In this document: positions 47,980 through 57,282 of the stretch, piece by piece
Position numbering within the stretch: position 1 is the stretch's first letter
Layout: each line of letters opens with the position of its first letter
NCBI GenBank assembly: GCA_965116475.1
Contig: OZ220691.1
Coordinates: forward strand, 1,024,001 to 1,088,000
DNA length: 64,000 nt
Direction: 5' to 3'
Origin: Gemmatimonadota bacterium
Lineage (GTDB): Bacteria; Gemmatimonadota; Gemmatimonadetes; Palauibacterales; Palauibacteraceae
Notes under the pieces: model-generated
What the model was told of the DNA's origin: nothing
Seen by the model: the letters and a program-made list of their open reading frames with translations, nothing else
Databases searched by the model: none
Made by a program: the position numbers and the translations under genes

Positions 47980-49173
47980 ATGGAGGAAGCGATGGATTCC
48001 CAGCACACGTTCTCACGCCGGCACTTCGTGGGCGGCGCCGCCGCGGCCCTGGGCGTTGCGGGCCTGAACCCGTCGGCGGTCATCGGCGCCGGGCTCAAGC
48101 CTCCTCCGAAGGGCGTCGAGCCGCTCGACCCCTACGACGATCTCGCCAAGCTCTCCTCCAACGAGAACCCGTACGGGCCCTCGAAGAAGATGCTGGAGGC
48201 GATGAAAGGGGCCTGGAAGTACTCGAACCGGTACGGCTATCCGGATGGCGACATCCTCGAGAAGATCGCGGCGTCGCACGGGGTCCCCACCGATCACGTG
48301 ATGATCAACGCGGGCTCCGGCGAGACGCTGCGCGTGGCGGGCCTCGCCTTCCTGCGCCATGAGGAGAAGGTCGTCGGCGTGTCGCCCACGTACCTGACCG
48401 TCTACCGGACCGCCTCCGGGATCGACGCGGACGTGATCGAGCGCCCGCTCCTGCCCGACTACACGCAGGACATCGACGACCTCATCGAGGTCACGAACCG
48501 CAACTATCGCGATGTGGGCATGGTCTACATCTGCAATCCCAACAACCCCACGGGCGTCATCGTCCCATCGGACGACATCCGCCGCCTGCTGGATGGGATT
48601 CCGGAAGACGTCCCCGTGCTCATCGACGAGGCGTACCACCACTTCATCGAGGACCCGCGCTACGAGACGGCCCTCCCCTACATCAAGGAAGGCCGCAAGG
48701 TGCTCGTGACGCGCACCTTCTCGAAGATCTACGGGCTGGCGGGCATGCGCCTCGGCTACGGGATCGCTCCGCCCGAGATGATCGACCAGATGCGGGACTA
48801 CGCGACGGGGAGCGTGAATGCGCTCGTGAAGTGGGGCGGCGTCGCCGCGCTCGAGGACAAGGAGTACGAGGCCTGGATCAAGGAGACCTCGAACACGCTC
48901 CGTGACCAGACCGCCGACATCCTCAGGGGCCAGGGCTTCGACGTCCTCCCGTCGGAGACGAACTTCTTCATGGTCCGCACGGGCCGCCCGTCGTCCGAGG
49001 TCAGGGCCGAGTTCCGCAAGCACGACGTAGCCGTGGGCCGGGACTTCCCGCCCATGCTCGACTGGCTGCGCGTCTCCGTGGGGACGGAAGATGAGATGAA
49101 GCGCTTCATGACGGCGTGGAACGAGATCTTCCCCGACGGCATGACGGCCGCCGACAGCAACAGCCGCTCGTAG
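47980..49173 (+). CDS. Class I/II PLP aminotransferase (HisC-like) with Tat signal
   Basis: FSRRHFV Tat, LSSNENPYGP, CNPNNPTG, IDEAY, RTFSKIYGLAGMRLG. Confidence 0.9.
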   Translation: MEEAMDSQHTFSRRHFVGGAAAALGVAGLNPSAVIGAGLKPPPKGVEPLDPYDDLAKLSSNENPYGPSKKMLEAMKGAWKYSNRYGYPDGDILEKIAASHGVPTDHVMINAGSGETLRVAGLAFLRHEEKVVGVSPTYLTVYRTASGIDADVIERPLLPDYTQDIDDLIEVTNRNYRDVGMVYICNPNNPTGVIVPSDDIRRLLDGIPEDVPVLIDEAYHHFIEDPRYETALPYIKEGRKVLVTRTFSKIYGLAGMRLGYGIAPPEMIDQMRDYATGSVNALVKWGGVAALEDKEYEAWIKETSNTLRDQTADILRGQGFDVLPSETNFFMVRTGRPSSEVRAEFRKHDVAVGRDFPPMLDWLRVSVGTEDEMKRFMTAWNEIFPDGMTAADSNSRS

Positions 49174-49192
49174 GGCGCCCGGCGCACTTCAC

Positions 49193-49996
49193 ATGCCAGG
49201 AACACGCCGGGGACTTCATGGGTCGCGCAGGCGCGGCATGGCGATGTGGCTCTCGCTTGCGGGCCTGATCCTGCATCTGGCCGTCGCGGCGCCGGCGCGG
49301 GCCCAGGTGGACCCGGACGCCATCATCGACCGGGTGGACCGGATGCTGCGGGGTGATTCCAGTCGGGGCGTCGCGACGATGGAGGTCGTGACCGAGCACT
49401 GGGAGCGGCGGATGACGATGGAGATCTGGTCGCTCGGCACGGATTATTCGCTCGTCCGCCTGCGGGAGCCGCGGAGGGAAGCCGGAACGGCGACCCTGAA
49501 GGCAGCCGAGGACATCTGGAACTACCTCCCCAAGGTCGACCGGACGATCAAGGTTCCCGCCTCGATGATGGGCGGATCGTGGATGGGGTCGCACTTCACG
49601 AACGACGACCTGGTCAAGGACAGCAGGCTCGTCGAGGACTACGACATCGAACTCGTGTTCGACGGACAGGATGCGGACGGCGTGGCGGTCTGGGACTTTC
49701 GCCTGACCCCGAAGCCGGAGGTGCCCGTCGTCTGGGGGCACATCGAGTACCGGATCCGGCAGTCCGATGACATGCCGATCCGGGCGGAGTTCTTCGACGA
49801 GGACGGCGAGCTGGCCAGGACCGTCGAGCACGGCGACTACACCGAGTTCAGCGGGCGGATCGTTCCCCGGGTCATGAACATGCACCCGGCGGACAAGCCG
49901 GACGAACGCACGACGATCCGCTACGAGGAACTGGAGTTCGACATCGACATCGAGCCGTCCTTCTTCTCACTCCGGACCCTGCAGCGCGGGAGGTAG
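49193..49996 (+). CDS. LolA-like outer-membrane lipoprotein-sorting protein (start may be 49238)
   Basis: Signal peptide ARAQ, GTATLK, WNYLPKVDRTIK, SWMGSHFTNDD, FFSLRTL. Confidence 0.85.
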   Translation: MPGTRRGLHGSRRRGMAMWLSLAGLILHLAVAAPARAQVDPDAIIDRVDRMLRGDSSRGVATMEVVTEHWERRMTMEIWSLGTDYSLVRLREPRREAGTATLKAAEDIWNYLPKVDRTIKVPASMMGGSWMGSHFTNDDLVKDSRLVEDYDIELVFDGQDADGVAVWDFRLTPKPEVPVVWGHIEYRIRQSDDMPIRAEFFDEDGELARTVEHGDYTEFSGRIVPRVMNMHPADKPDERTTIRYEELEFDIDIEPSFFSLRTLQRGR

Positions 49997-50002
49997 CGGC
50001 GC

Positions 50003-51259
50003 GTGACGGGCCGATTGTGGCGAATCGGATGGCGCAACCTCGGCCGCAACCGGAAGCGAACAGTTCTTACCGCGCTCGGCCTCGGGGTCGGCTATTTCGC
50101 CGTGGTGTTCATGGTCGGATGGGCCGAGGGCGTCTCGACGGAACTCGTCGAGAACGCCACGTCGCTCGTCAGTGGACAGATCGAGATCCACGATGCCGAC
50201 TACCGGCCCGAGCGCAGCCTGTACGAGACCATCGGCGGCCGCGAGGGGGCCGACGTGGGGGAGATCCTGCGCACCATCGAGGCCGATCCCTCGGTCGTGG
50301 CCGTCGCCCCGCGCGTGTACGCGAGCGGGCTCGTGAGTTCCGGCGAAGCGACATCGGCCGGCGCTCTGCTCGGCGTCGACCCCGAGCGCGAGGTGGCGCT
50401 GAGCCGTTTTCTGGATCCCCTCGTAGAGGGCCGCCTGCCTGCCACCGGCCGATACGAAGCGGTGGTGGGAGATGAGATGGCGCGGCAGCTCGAGCTGAGC
50501 GTCGGAGACGAACTCGTCGTCGTCGCCTCGGCGGCGGACGGCTCGATGGGCAACGACCTGTACACGGTCACCGGCATCTTCCGGACCGGCCTGCTCGAGT
50601 TCGATGCCGGCACCATGGTCCTGCCGGTCGCGGACCTGCAGACGCTCGTGGCCCTCGATCCGGGTCGGGTCCACGAAATCGCGGTCAGCACCGACGACCC
50701 GTCGCAAGCCGACCTGACCGCGACCCGCCTCGGCGCCGCCCTTGGAGCCCCCGAACGGGCGATGTCGGTCGCGCCATGGACGGAACTCAATCCGGTGCTT
50801 GCCCAGTATGTCGCTCTCGCCGATGCGACGTACTGGATCTTCATCGTCCTCATTTACTCGGTCGCCAGCTTCGGCATCGCCAACACGACGCTGATGGCCA
50901 CCTTCGAACGCCGCCGCGAGTTCGCCGTCATGCTGGCGCTGGGTGCATCGCCGCGGTCCGTGGTGGGCACAGTGCTGTCCGAGGCGGTCGCGACCGGCGC
51001 CATGGGGCTGGGACTCGGGACCGCCGTCACGGTGCCGCTGCTGGTCTGGTTCTCGACGGCGCCGCCCGACCTCGGATGGCTCTACGGAAGTCTCACCGTG
51101 GAGGGCGTCCTGCTGACCCCCAGTCTCCGCGTGGGGACCAACGTGCCGGCATGGATCTGGGCGACGATCGGCCTGATCGTCACGGCACTCGTCTCCGCCC
51201 TCTACCCGGCACTCCGCGCGGCGCGGGTGCCGCCCGCCGACACTCTGTCGGGCCTGTAG
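50003..51259 (+). CDS. FtsX/LolE/MacB-type ABC permease
   Basis: WRNLGRNRKRT, large periplasmic loop, ANTTLMATFERRREF, YPALRAAR. Confidence 0.9.
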   Translation: MTGRLWRIGWRNLGRNRKRTVLTALGLGVGYFAVVFMVGWAEGVSTELVENATSLVSGQIEIHDADYRPERSLYETIGGREGADVGEILRTIEADPSVVAVAPRVYASGLVSSGEATSAGALLGVDPEREVALSRFLDPLVEGRLPATGRYEAVVGDEMARQLELSVGDELVVVASAADGSMGNDLYTVTGIFRTGLLEFDAGTMVLPVADLQTLVALDPGRVHEIAVSTDDPSQADLTATRLGAALGAPERAMSVAPWTELNPVLAQYVALADATYWIFIVLIYSVASFGIANTTLMATFERRREFAVMLALGASPRSVVGTVLSEAVATGAMGLGLGTAVTVPLLVWFSTAPPDLGWLYGSLTVEGVLLTPSLRVGTNVPAWIWATIGLIVTALVSALYPALRAARVPPADTLSGL

Positions 51260-51261
51260 CC

Positions 51262-52539
51262 GTGCGTCTGCGCGTCCTGGTCCGGCTCGCCCTCAGGAAC
51301 CTGCGCCGTCATCTGCGGCGCACGGTGCTGACCGCTTCGGCGATGATCGTCGGCGGCGCCTTCCTGGTTTGGTCGATGACGGTCGACGACGGCAGCCACG
51401 AGCAGTGGGTCGATTCGGGTGTGCGCATGGGGAGCGGACACGTGACCGTCGAGCGGCCCGAGTACCGGCTGCGCCGTCAGATCGACAACCGCCTGACGAC
51501 GGACGTCAGCCGCGCCGCGGAGCAGGCGCTGGCCTCTCCGGAGATCGCGCCGCATGTCGTGGCCACGTCCGCCAAGCTCGGCATCAACGGGCTGGCGAGT
51601 TCGGCGGCCGGGGCGCGCCCGGCGCAGATCGTGGGGGTCGACCCCGTCGCCGAAGCGGGCTTCGGCATGATCGACGACGGAGTGGTCGAAGGGCGCTACC
51701 TCGAGCCCGATGATCGGCTGGCGGCCTATGTCGGCGCCGATCTGGCCCGCAGCCTGGGACTCGAGATCGGATCGCGCTTCGTCGTGCAGGCGCAGGGCGC
51801 CGATGGCGAGATTGCGGGGCAACTGCTCCGCGTGGTAGGGATCTTCCGCAGCCGCGTGCCCGCCATCGACCAGGCGACGATCCACATCACGCTCGCGACG
51901 GCCGGCGAGTGGCTCGGTTCCGGGAGCGACGTGACCCACGTCGCGGTCGTCCTGCAGAGCAGCGATCGGACCCGACGGGTCTCGGACCACCTGGCGGTGG
52001 CGCTGGCGGAGCCGGTGGAACGCGGCGAGGCACGCGTCGTGGGGTGGCGCGAGGCGAACCCTGTCCTGGCGGCGGGGATCGCGATCGACGAGTTCGGGAA
52101 TTACGTGATTCAGGGGTTCCTGTTCGTCATCATCGCGTTCGGGATCGTCAACACGGTGCTGATGTCGGTGATGCATCGCCAGCGCGAGTTCGGCGTGCTT
52201 CAGGCGCAGGGGCTGACGCCGGGCCAGACGGGCACCGTCGTGCTCATCGAGGGCCTCACGCTGTCCGCTGTCAGCGGGCTGGTCGGCGTCGTCCTGGGAC
52301 TCCTGGGCACGTGGTATTTCTTCGGCGACGGGCTCGACACGTCGGTCTTCATGCAGGACATCGACGAGTTGACATTCTCGGGGGCCGCCGTTGACCCTAT
52401 CATCGTCCCGATCTTCGGGGTACGACGCATCATCCAGATCGTCGGGTTCATCCTCGGCATTGGCATTGTCGCCTCGGTCTATCCGGCGCTGCGCGCTTCC
52501 CGGGTCGATGTTACCGAGGCGATGAAGTTCGATCGGTAG
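51262..52539 (+). CDS. FtsX/LolE/MacB-type ABC permease (second copy)
   Basis: ALRNLRRHLRRT, VNTVLMSVMHRQREFG, YPALRASR. Confidence 0.9.
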   Translation: MRLRVLVRLALRNLRRHLRRTVLTASAMIVGGAFLVWSMTVDDGSHEQWVDSGVRMGSGHVTVERPEYRLRRQIDNRLTTDVSRAAEQALASPEIAPHVVATSAKLGINGLASSAAGARPAQIVGVDPVAEAGFGMIDDGVVEGRYLEPDDRLAAYVGADLARSLGLEIGSRFVVQAQGADGEIAGQLLRVVGIFRSRVPAIDQATIHITLATAGEWLGSGSDVTHVAVVLQSSDRTRRVSDHLAVALAEPVERGEARVVGWREANPVLAAGIAIDEFGNYVIQGFLFVIIAFGIVNTVLMSVMHRQREFGVLQAQGLTPGQTGTVVLIEGLTLSAVSGLVGVVLGLLGTWYFFGDGLDTSVFMQDIDELTFSGAAVDPIIVPIFGVRRIIQIVGFILGIGIVASVYPALRASRVDVTEAMKFDR

Positions 52540-52585
52540 CCGCTCTCGTGCCGACCCCTTGCCGCGCAAGGAGAATCGAGGTGTG

Positions 52586-53287
52586 ATGGCAGTGCGCGAC
52601 ACGGCAGCCGCCCGGACCGACGGCGTCTGGAAGGTCTTCCAGCAGGAAGCCGAATCTGTGCAGGCGGTCCGCGACGTCAGCCTGACCGTAGAACGTGGCG
52701 AGTTCACCGCGCTGGCGGGGCCGTCGGGGTCCGGCAAGACGACGCTGCTGAATCTGATCGGTGGTCTCACCCGCCCCACGCAGGGACGGGTCTGGGTCGC
52801 CGGGCGGGAGGTGAGCCGCATGTCGAACCAGGAGCTCGCGCGGCTCCGGCTCGAGGAGGTGGGCTTCGTCTTCCAGGCCTATAACCTGCTCCCCGTGCTC
52901 TCCGCGCTGGAGAATGCGGAATTCCCGATGCTGCTCCAGGGCGTGCCCGCGGAGGAGCGTCAGGCGCGGGTCCGCGAACTCTTTGCGCGGACGGGAATGG
53001 AAGGGCTCGAAGACCGGCGCCCGGGCAAGCTGTCCGGCGGCCAGCAGCAGCGCGTCGCCGTCGTGCGCGCGGTGGCCAGCCGTCCGGCCCTGGTGCTCGC
53101 GGACGAGCCGACGGCGAACCTCGACTCGGTCACGAGCGAAGCGCTCCTCGATGTCATGGGCGAGTTGAATCGCGACCTCGGGGTGACCTTCGTCTTCGCC
53201 ACCCATGACGGCCGCGTCATGGAGCGGTCTCGGCGCCTGGTCCGCATGGTCGACGGCACCGTGCGTGACGACGAACGCCGATCCTAG
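52586..53287 (+). CDS. LolD-like ABC ATP-binding protein
   Basis: GPSGSGKTT, LSGGQQQRVA, LADEPTANLD, ATHD. Confidence 0.93.
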   Translation: MAVRDTAAARTDGVWKVFQQEAESVQAVRDVSLTVERGEFTALAGPSGSGKTTLLNLIGGLTRPTQGRVWVAGREVSRMSNQELARLRLEEVGFVFQAYNLLPVLSALENAEFPMLLQGVPAEERQARVRELFARTGMEGLEDRRPGKLSGGQQQRVAVVRAVASRPALVLADEPTANLDSVTSEALLDVMGELNRDLGVTFVFATHDGRVMERSRRLVRMVDGTVRDDERRS

Positions 53288-53360
53288 AACCTGTCCCGGT
53301 CGCCTGTACGGCGTGCCACCCGCCTGGACACCGCACCGGTCATCGCCTGAGGCGCGAGCA

Positions 53361-54476
53361 ATGGACATCCACGAAGCGATAGCGATCAGCCAGGAGCGAT
53401 TGGCGGGGGAAGGCGCCACCATGCATGACCTGCTCGGGCCCCTGCGAGACAGAATCGCTCCCGTACTGATCGGGGAGCAGGAGTGGGAACACGTGCTGGC
53501 GCGGGCGGGAACCCTGCCGATCACCATGGGTGCCCAGCCGTTCGGTTTCGAGCTGCCGCTGCACGACCGTCGGCCGCGGGCGGATTTCGGCGTCTCGCTG
53601 GCGAGCGGCAACCGGTCGGGGGCGTTTTTCGAAGAGAAGGCGCGACGCGATCCATCGGATCGCACGGCGGCGGCGGTCCGTCGCCTGTTTCGCAGCATGG
53701 AGGCCGCGGACTCGCCCCTCCGCGCCATTGTCGGCCGCAAGCTGATGCTGGAATACGACATCGGGTCGGGGGGCGACGGCGATCCGCTGCCGGGGATGTT
53801 CCTGCGGCCCAACGAACGCACGATCGCCGGCGGCGCCGGGCAGCAGCACGATGTCGGCGTCGTGGTCGACGGACTCGTGGCCTGTCACGACCTGGAACCG
53901 AGCGCGGCGGAGCGGAGCAACGCCGAGCGGGTGTATCTGGCGCAACCGGAAGATACCCGCCTCGACTCCTTCGGCCTGTTTCCGTCACGCGCACGCACGA
54001 TCCGCCTGGCGATCATGGGCTTTGCCGGGCAGCGGGATGTCTGTTCCTTTCTCGAGGAAATCGCCTGGCCCGGCAACATCGCGACCGTGGAGACGGTGCT
54101 TGCACGCTTCAGCGAGCGCGCGGACATCGTCAGGACCGGCGTGAACGTCGACGCGCAGGCGGATGGCATCGGTCCGGCGCTCGGCCTGACGCCCATAGTC
54201 AGGCAGAGATATGCGGCTGATTCCCGGGTCTGGATCGATGGTTTGACGGATTGGCAGCCGGTGCTGGAGGCCCTGCGCCACGAAGACCGTGTAGTGCCGG
54301 AGAAGGTCGCGGCGCTGGCCGGCTGGGTCTCGCAACCGACCCTTCTGTTTGGCAGAACCGGGCGGTTTGTACTGATGCGCGGAATTCACCATCTTAAGCT
54401 GGTCATCGCCGGAGACCGGGTTGAACAGATCAAGGCCTATGTCTACATGGTGCTTTCGGGTGCCCTCGCGCCCTGA
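53361..54476 (+). CDS. Hypothetical protein, putative ABBA-type (peptide) prenyltransferase
   Basis: 371-aa soluble ORF with FGFE..L..RADF, LMLEYD, IRLAI, GIGPALGL, RGIHHLKL..IKAY. The CDS is solid; the function is inferred from motif resemblance and context. Confidence 0.55.
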   Translation: MDIHEAIAISQERLAGEGATMHDLLGPLRDRIAPVLIGEQEWEHVLARAGTLPITMGAQPFGFELPLHDRRPRADFGVSLASGNRSGAFFEEKARRDPSDRTAAAVRRLFRSMEAADSPLRAIVGRKLMLEYDIGSGGDGDPLPGMFLRPNERTIAGGAGQQHDVGVVVDGLVACHDLEPSAAERSNAERVYLAQPEDTRLDSFGLFPSRARTIRLAIMGFAGQRDVCSFLEEIAWPGNIATVETVLARFSERADIVRTGVNVDAQADGIGPALGLTPIVRQRYAADSRVWIDGLTDWQPVLEALRHEDRVVPEKVAALAGWVSQPTLLFGRTGRFVLMRGIHHLKLVIAGDRVEQIKAYVYMVLSGALAP

Positions 54477-54512
54477 TGTCGGCCTCCCGGCGCGCCCGGG
54501 GAGGTCGCCACG

Positions 54513-55823
54513 GTGAAGGAACTCGGCAGCGGATCGTGCAGGAAGATTGCCGTCGTCGGACGCGGCACCGCGGGCGCGCTGGCCGCCGCCAGCGTATCGC
54601 GGTTGCAGCCGGAGCCCGAGCATGAGCTGCACCACATCTACGATTCACGCATTCCGATCATCGGCGTGGGCGAAGGAAGCTGGCCCGGCCTGGTCCGCGA
54701 GCTGCAGCACCTGCTGCAGTTGCCCCACGAGACGGTTCAGCAACGCCTGAACGGCACCCGCAAGTTCGGCAACCGCTTCGAGGGCTGGGGTCGACGCCGA
54801 CAGGACTTCACTCACTACTTCACGCCGCAACAGGTGGCCTACGCCTACCACCTGTCGGCGGACCTGATGGCGGAGCTGCTGTGCGCGAGTACGCAGGCCC
54901 GCCACATCGACGCGAAGGTGACCGCGATCCGGCGAGTGAACGGAGGCGCACAGGTAGAGTTCGAGGACCGTGAGTCCGAGCGCTACGACCTGGTCTTCGA
55001 TGCCCGCGGCTATCCACGGCAACTGGACCCGCAGAAGCACATCGACATTTCCTTCATCCCCACGAACTGCGCCGTCATTCGCCGCGCCCCCCCGGTCATC
55101 GAGGCGCCGCCGAACGCGCCGGTCCGGGAACCCACGTATACCCGTGCAGTGGCGCGTCCGCACGGATGGGTGTTCGTCATTCCGCTGACCGTGCACACAT
55201 CCTACGGCTATGTCTTCAACAAGGACGTGTCCGGGCTCGATGCGGTCGAGGCGGACTTCGACGAGCTGCTTGCGGAGGAGGGTGTGTCGGACTTCGAGCA
55301 GCGCGCCGTCATTCCGTTTCCGAATTTCGTCCACCGCCGGATCTATGACGGCGCCGTGGCCCGCGTCGGGAATGCCGCCGCCTTCATGGAGCCGCTCGAA
55401 GCGACCGCCATCAGGTTGGCGCAACTGCAGGTCGCGCTGATTCTGCGCATGCGGTTCCACCGGCCAGCCGAATATGTGCAGCGCGACGCGCCCGTCATCA
55501 ACCGCTTTCTGGTCACCGACGCGCTCCTGGCCGGCCTGTTCGTCGGTTGGCACTATTCCTGCGGTTCGAAGTACGACAGTGCGTTCTGGCGCAACGCCCG
55601 GGACCGCGTGTGGCCGAACCACCGCGACGCCGCCGATCCGCGGGCCGTGGACTGTTCCGCCTTGCGCAAATTCGACGAGATGATCGAACTGGTCGACGCG
55701 CAGGTCCCCGATCCGGCGGACTGGGAGCGGCAGTGCGCGTTCTTTCCCGTGAGCAGCTTCGCGCAGATAGCCCACGGCCTGGGCGTGCCATTGGAGTGGC
55801 AGCGCGACGCCCGGCCGACGTAG
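54513..55823 (+). CDS. Flavin-dependent tryptophan-halogenase family enzyme (probable peptide halogenase)
   Basis: IAVVGRGTAG, IGVGEGS, TRKFG (catalytic Lys position), GWVFVIPL, FMEPLEATAI; GGAGG RBS. Confidence 0.85.
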   Translation: MKELGSGSCRKIAVVGRGTAGALAAASVSRLQPEPEHELHHIYDSRIPIIGVGEGSWPGLVRELQHLLQLPHETVQQRLNGTRKFGNRFEGWGRRRQDFTHYFTPQQVAYAYHLSADLMAELLCASTQARHIDAKVTAIRRVNGGAQVEFEDRESERYDLVFDARGYPRQLDPQKHIDISFIPTNCAVIRRAPPVIEAPPNAPVREPTYTRAVARPHGWVFVIPLTVHTSYGYVFNKDVSGLDAVEADFDELLAEEGVSDFEQRAVIPFPNFVHRRIYDGAVARVGNAAAFMEPLEATAIRLAQLQVALILRMRFHRPAEYVQRDAPVINRFLVTDALLAGLFVGWHYSCGSKYDSAFWRNARDRVWPNHRDAADPRAVDCSALRKFDEMIELVDAQVPDPADWERQCAFFPVSSFAQIAHGLGVPLEWQRDARPT

Positions 55824-55871
55824 CCGGCCGGCGGCCGACGCCGCCGCCCCCGGGTCACCGCCGTGCCCCGG

Positions 55872-57044
55872 TCAGAAGTACCAGCTCAGGGAGAGATACA
55901 CGAACAGGCCCGCCAAGCCGTACTCCGAAGGCAGCGGACGGGCGGCCGTGGCGTCGTCGTCACCCAGACCGAGGAATGCGCCCGTGACCACCGCCACATC
56001 GTTACTGGCTGAGTAGGCGACGCTCGGGCCCATCGTTGCGCTCCGGTCGTTCAGGTTCCAGAGCACGAGACTGCTCAGGCTCCAGAGCGGATGCACCTGG
56101 TAGGACGCCCGGACGACCGCCTCGTCCCGTCCGAGCACCTGATGTTCGCCGCGCAGGAATGTGGCCGATCCCAGGGTGGCCAGGTACGCGTCCGGTCCGT
56201 CCGCGCCCAGGCCGTCGCGCTGGTACTCGGCCGCGAGCGTCAGGTCCCTCCCGCCGACCTGGAGCTGCCGGTCGAGACCGAGCGTGCCGCGGAGAACGAC
56301 CCGGTCCGGGAGTTTGCGCAGCACGGCCTCCCCTCGGACGGCCCAGCCTCCCAACGATCCGGCCGCGCCGAGGGCCCCCGCCGGATCCCCGTACACGATC
56401 CCGCCCCATGCCGAGACTTCCCAGTTCCGCACCGTCGTGAGACCGCGTATCAGCGCAGTCACCTCCTCCTCGCCGGCCAGCGACCGGGTCGGTCTCACGA
56501 CGAGGTCGATCTCGCTCAGCGCGCTCGGAAAGAAACGGAGCCGGGCCGCGTCGACCCCGGCGCGGAACTCCCGGAACGGGTCCACCGGGTTGAAGGGCGT
56601 GTACGGATCGCTCGGCGTGAGAAAGAGCGCGGTGCCCCACGACACCGCCTGCCGCCCCACGGTGATCTCGAAGCGCTCACTCCCCCACTCGACGTACAGG
56701 CGATCGAACCGGTGCCGCCAGACGACATGGTCCCGCTCCGCCGCCGTCCACTGGAGTCGGAGCCACTCGCCGCCGCCGGGCACCGCGCCGAGGTGGAACT
56801 CGGGCGCCTGGGCGAGGCTCCGGAACGTCAGCAGATGCTCGTAGGCGGCGCCGAATCCAAAGGCTCCCGCGCCCCACTCTCCGAAGAGTCGCACCCGGTT
56901 GAACTCGCCCAACTGGCCTTCACGGGTCCCGACGAGAGGAATGGCCTGGACGTAGCCGTTCAGCTGCATGGCCTGACCGGATGAAGTGTCGCAGAGAGCC
57001 GAGAGCAGCACGGCCGCGCAGGCGGCCCCGGCGCGAAGCCTCAC
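55872..57044 (-). CDS. Outer-membrane beta-barrel protein of the type accompanying LolA-like/ABC modules
   Basis: GGAGG then GTG at 57044, signal peptide, DRLYVEW, VGRQAVSWG, GVDAAR, terminal LSWYF. Confidence 0.75.
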   Translation of the reverse strand: MRLRAGAACAAVLLSALCDTSSGQAMQLNGYVQAIPLVGTREGQLGEFNRVRLFGEWGAGAFGFGAAYEHLLTFRSLAQAPEFHLGAVPGGGEWLRLQWTAAERDHVVWRHRFDRLYVEWGSERFEITVGRQAVSWGTALFLTPSDPYTPFNPVDPFREFRAGVDAARLRFFPSALSEIDLVVRPTRSLAGEEEVTALIRGLTTVRNWEVSAWGGIVYGDPAGALGAAGSLGGWAVRGEAVLRKLPDRVVLRGTLGLDRQLQVGGRDLTLAAEYQRDGLGADGPDAYLATLGSATFLRGEHQVLGRDEAVVRASYQVHPLWSLSSLVLWNLNDRSATMGPSVAYSASNDVAVVTGAFLGLGDDDATAARPLPSEYGLAGLFVYLSLSWYF

Positions 57045-57282
57045 CGTCCCTGGAACCTCCGCTCCCACGGTCCATCGGTGAGCCTCGGCATCATCCTCCC
57101 CCCGTTCGCGCCCACGGTCACGCCGACACCGGCAATCTACATTCTCAGCGTAGTACCGAACACTCGGCGGCGATTCCGACACCTGCACTGCGTACTCGGA
57201 CGTCCTATATTCCCCCGATTCTCCGCTCAATCCGAACGGGATTGTCCGTGCTCGATACCTGGTGGGGAGGCGAGGCAGGGTC

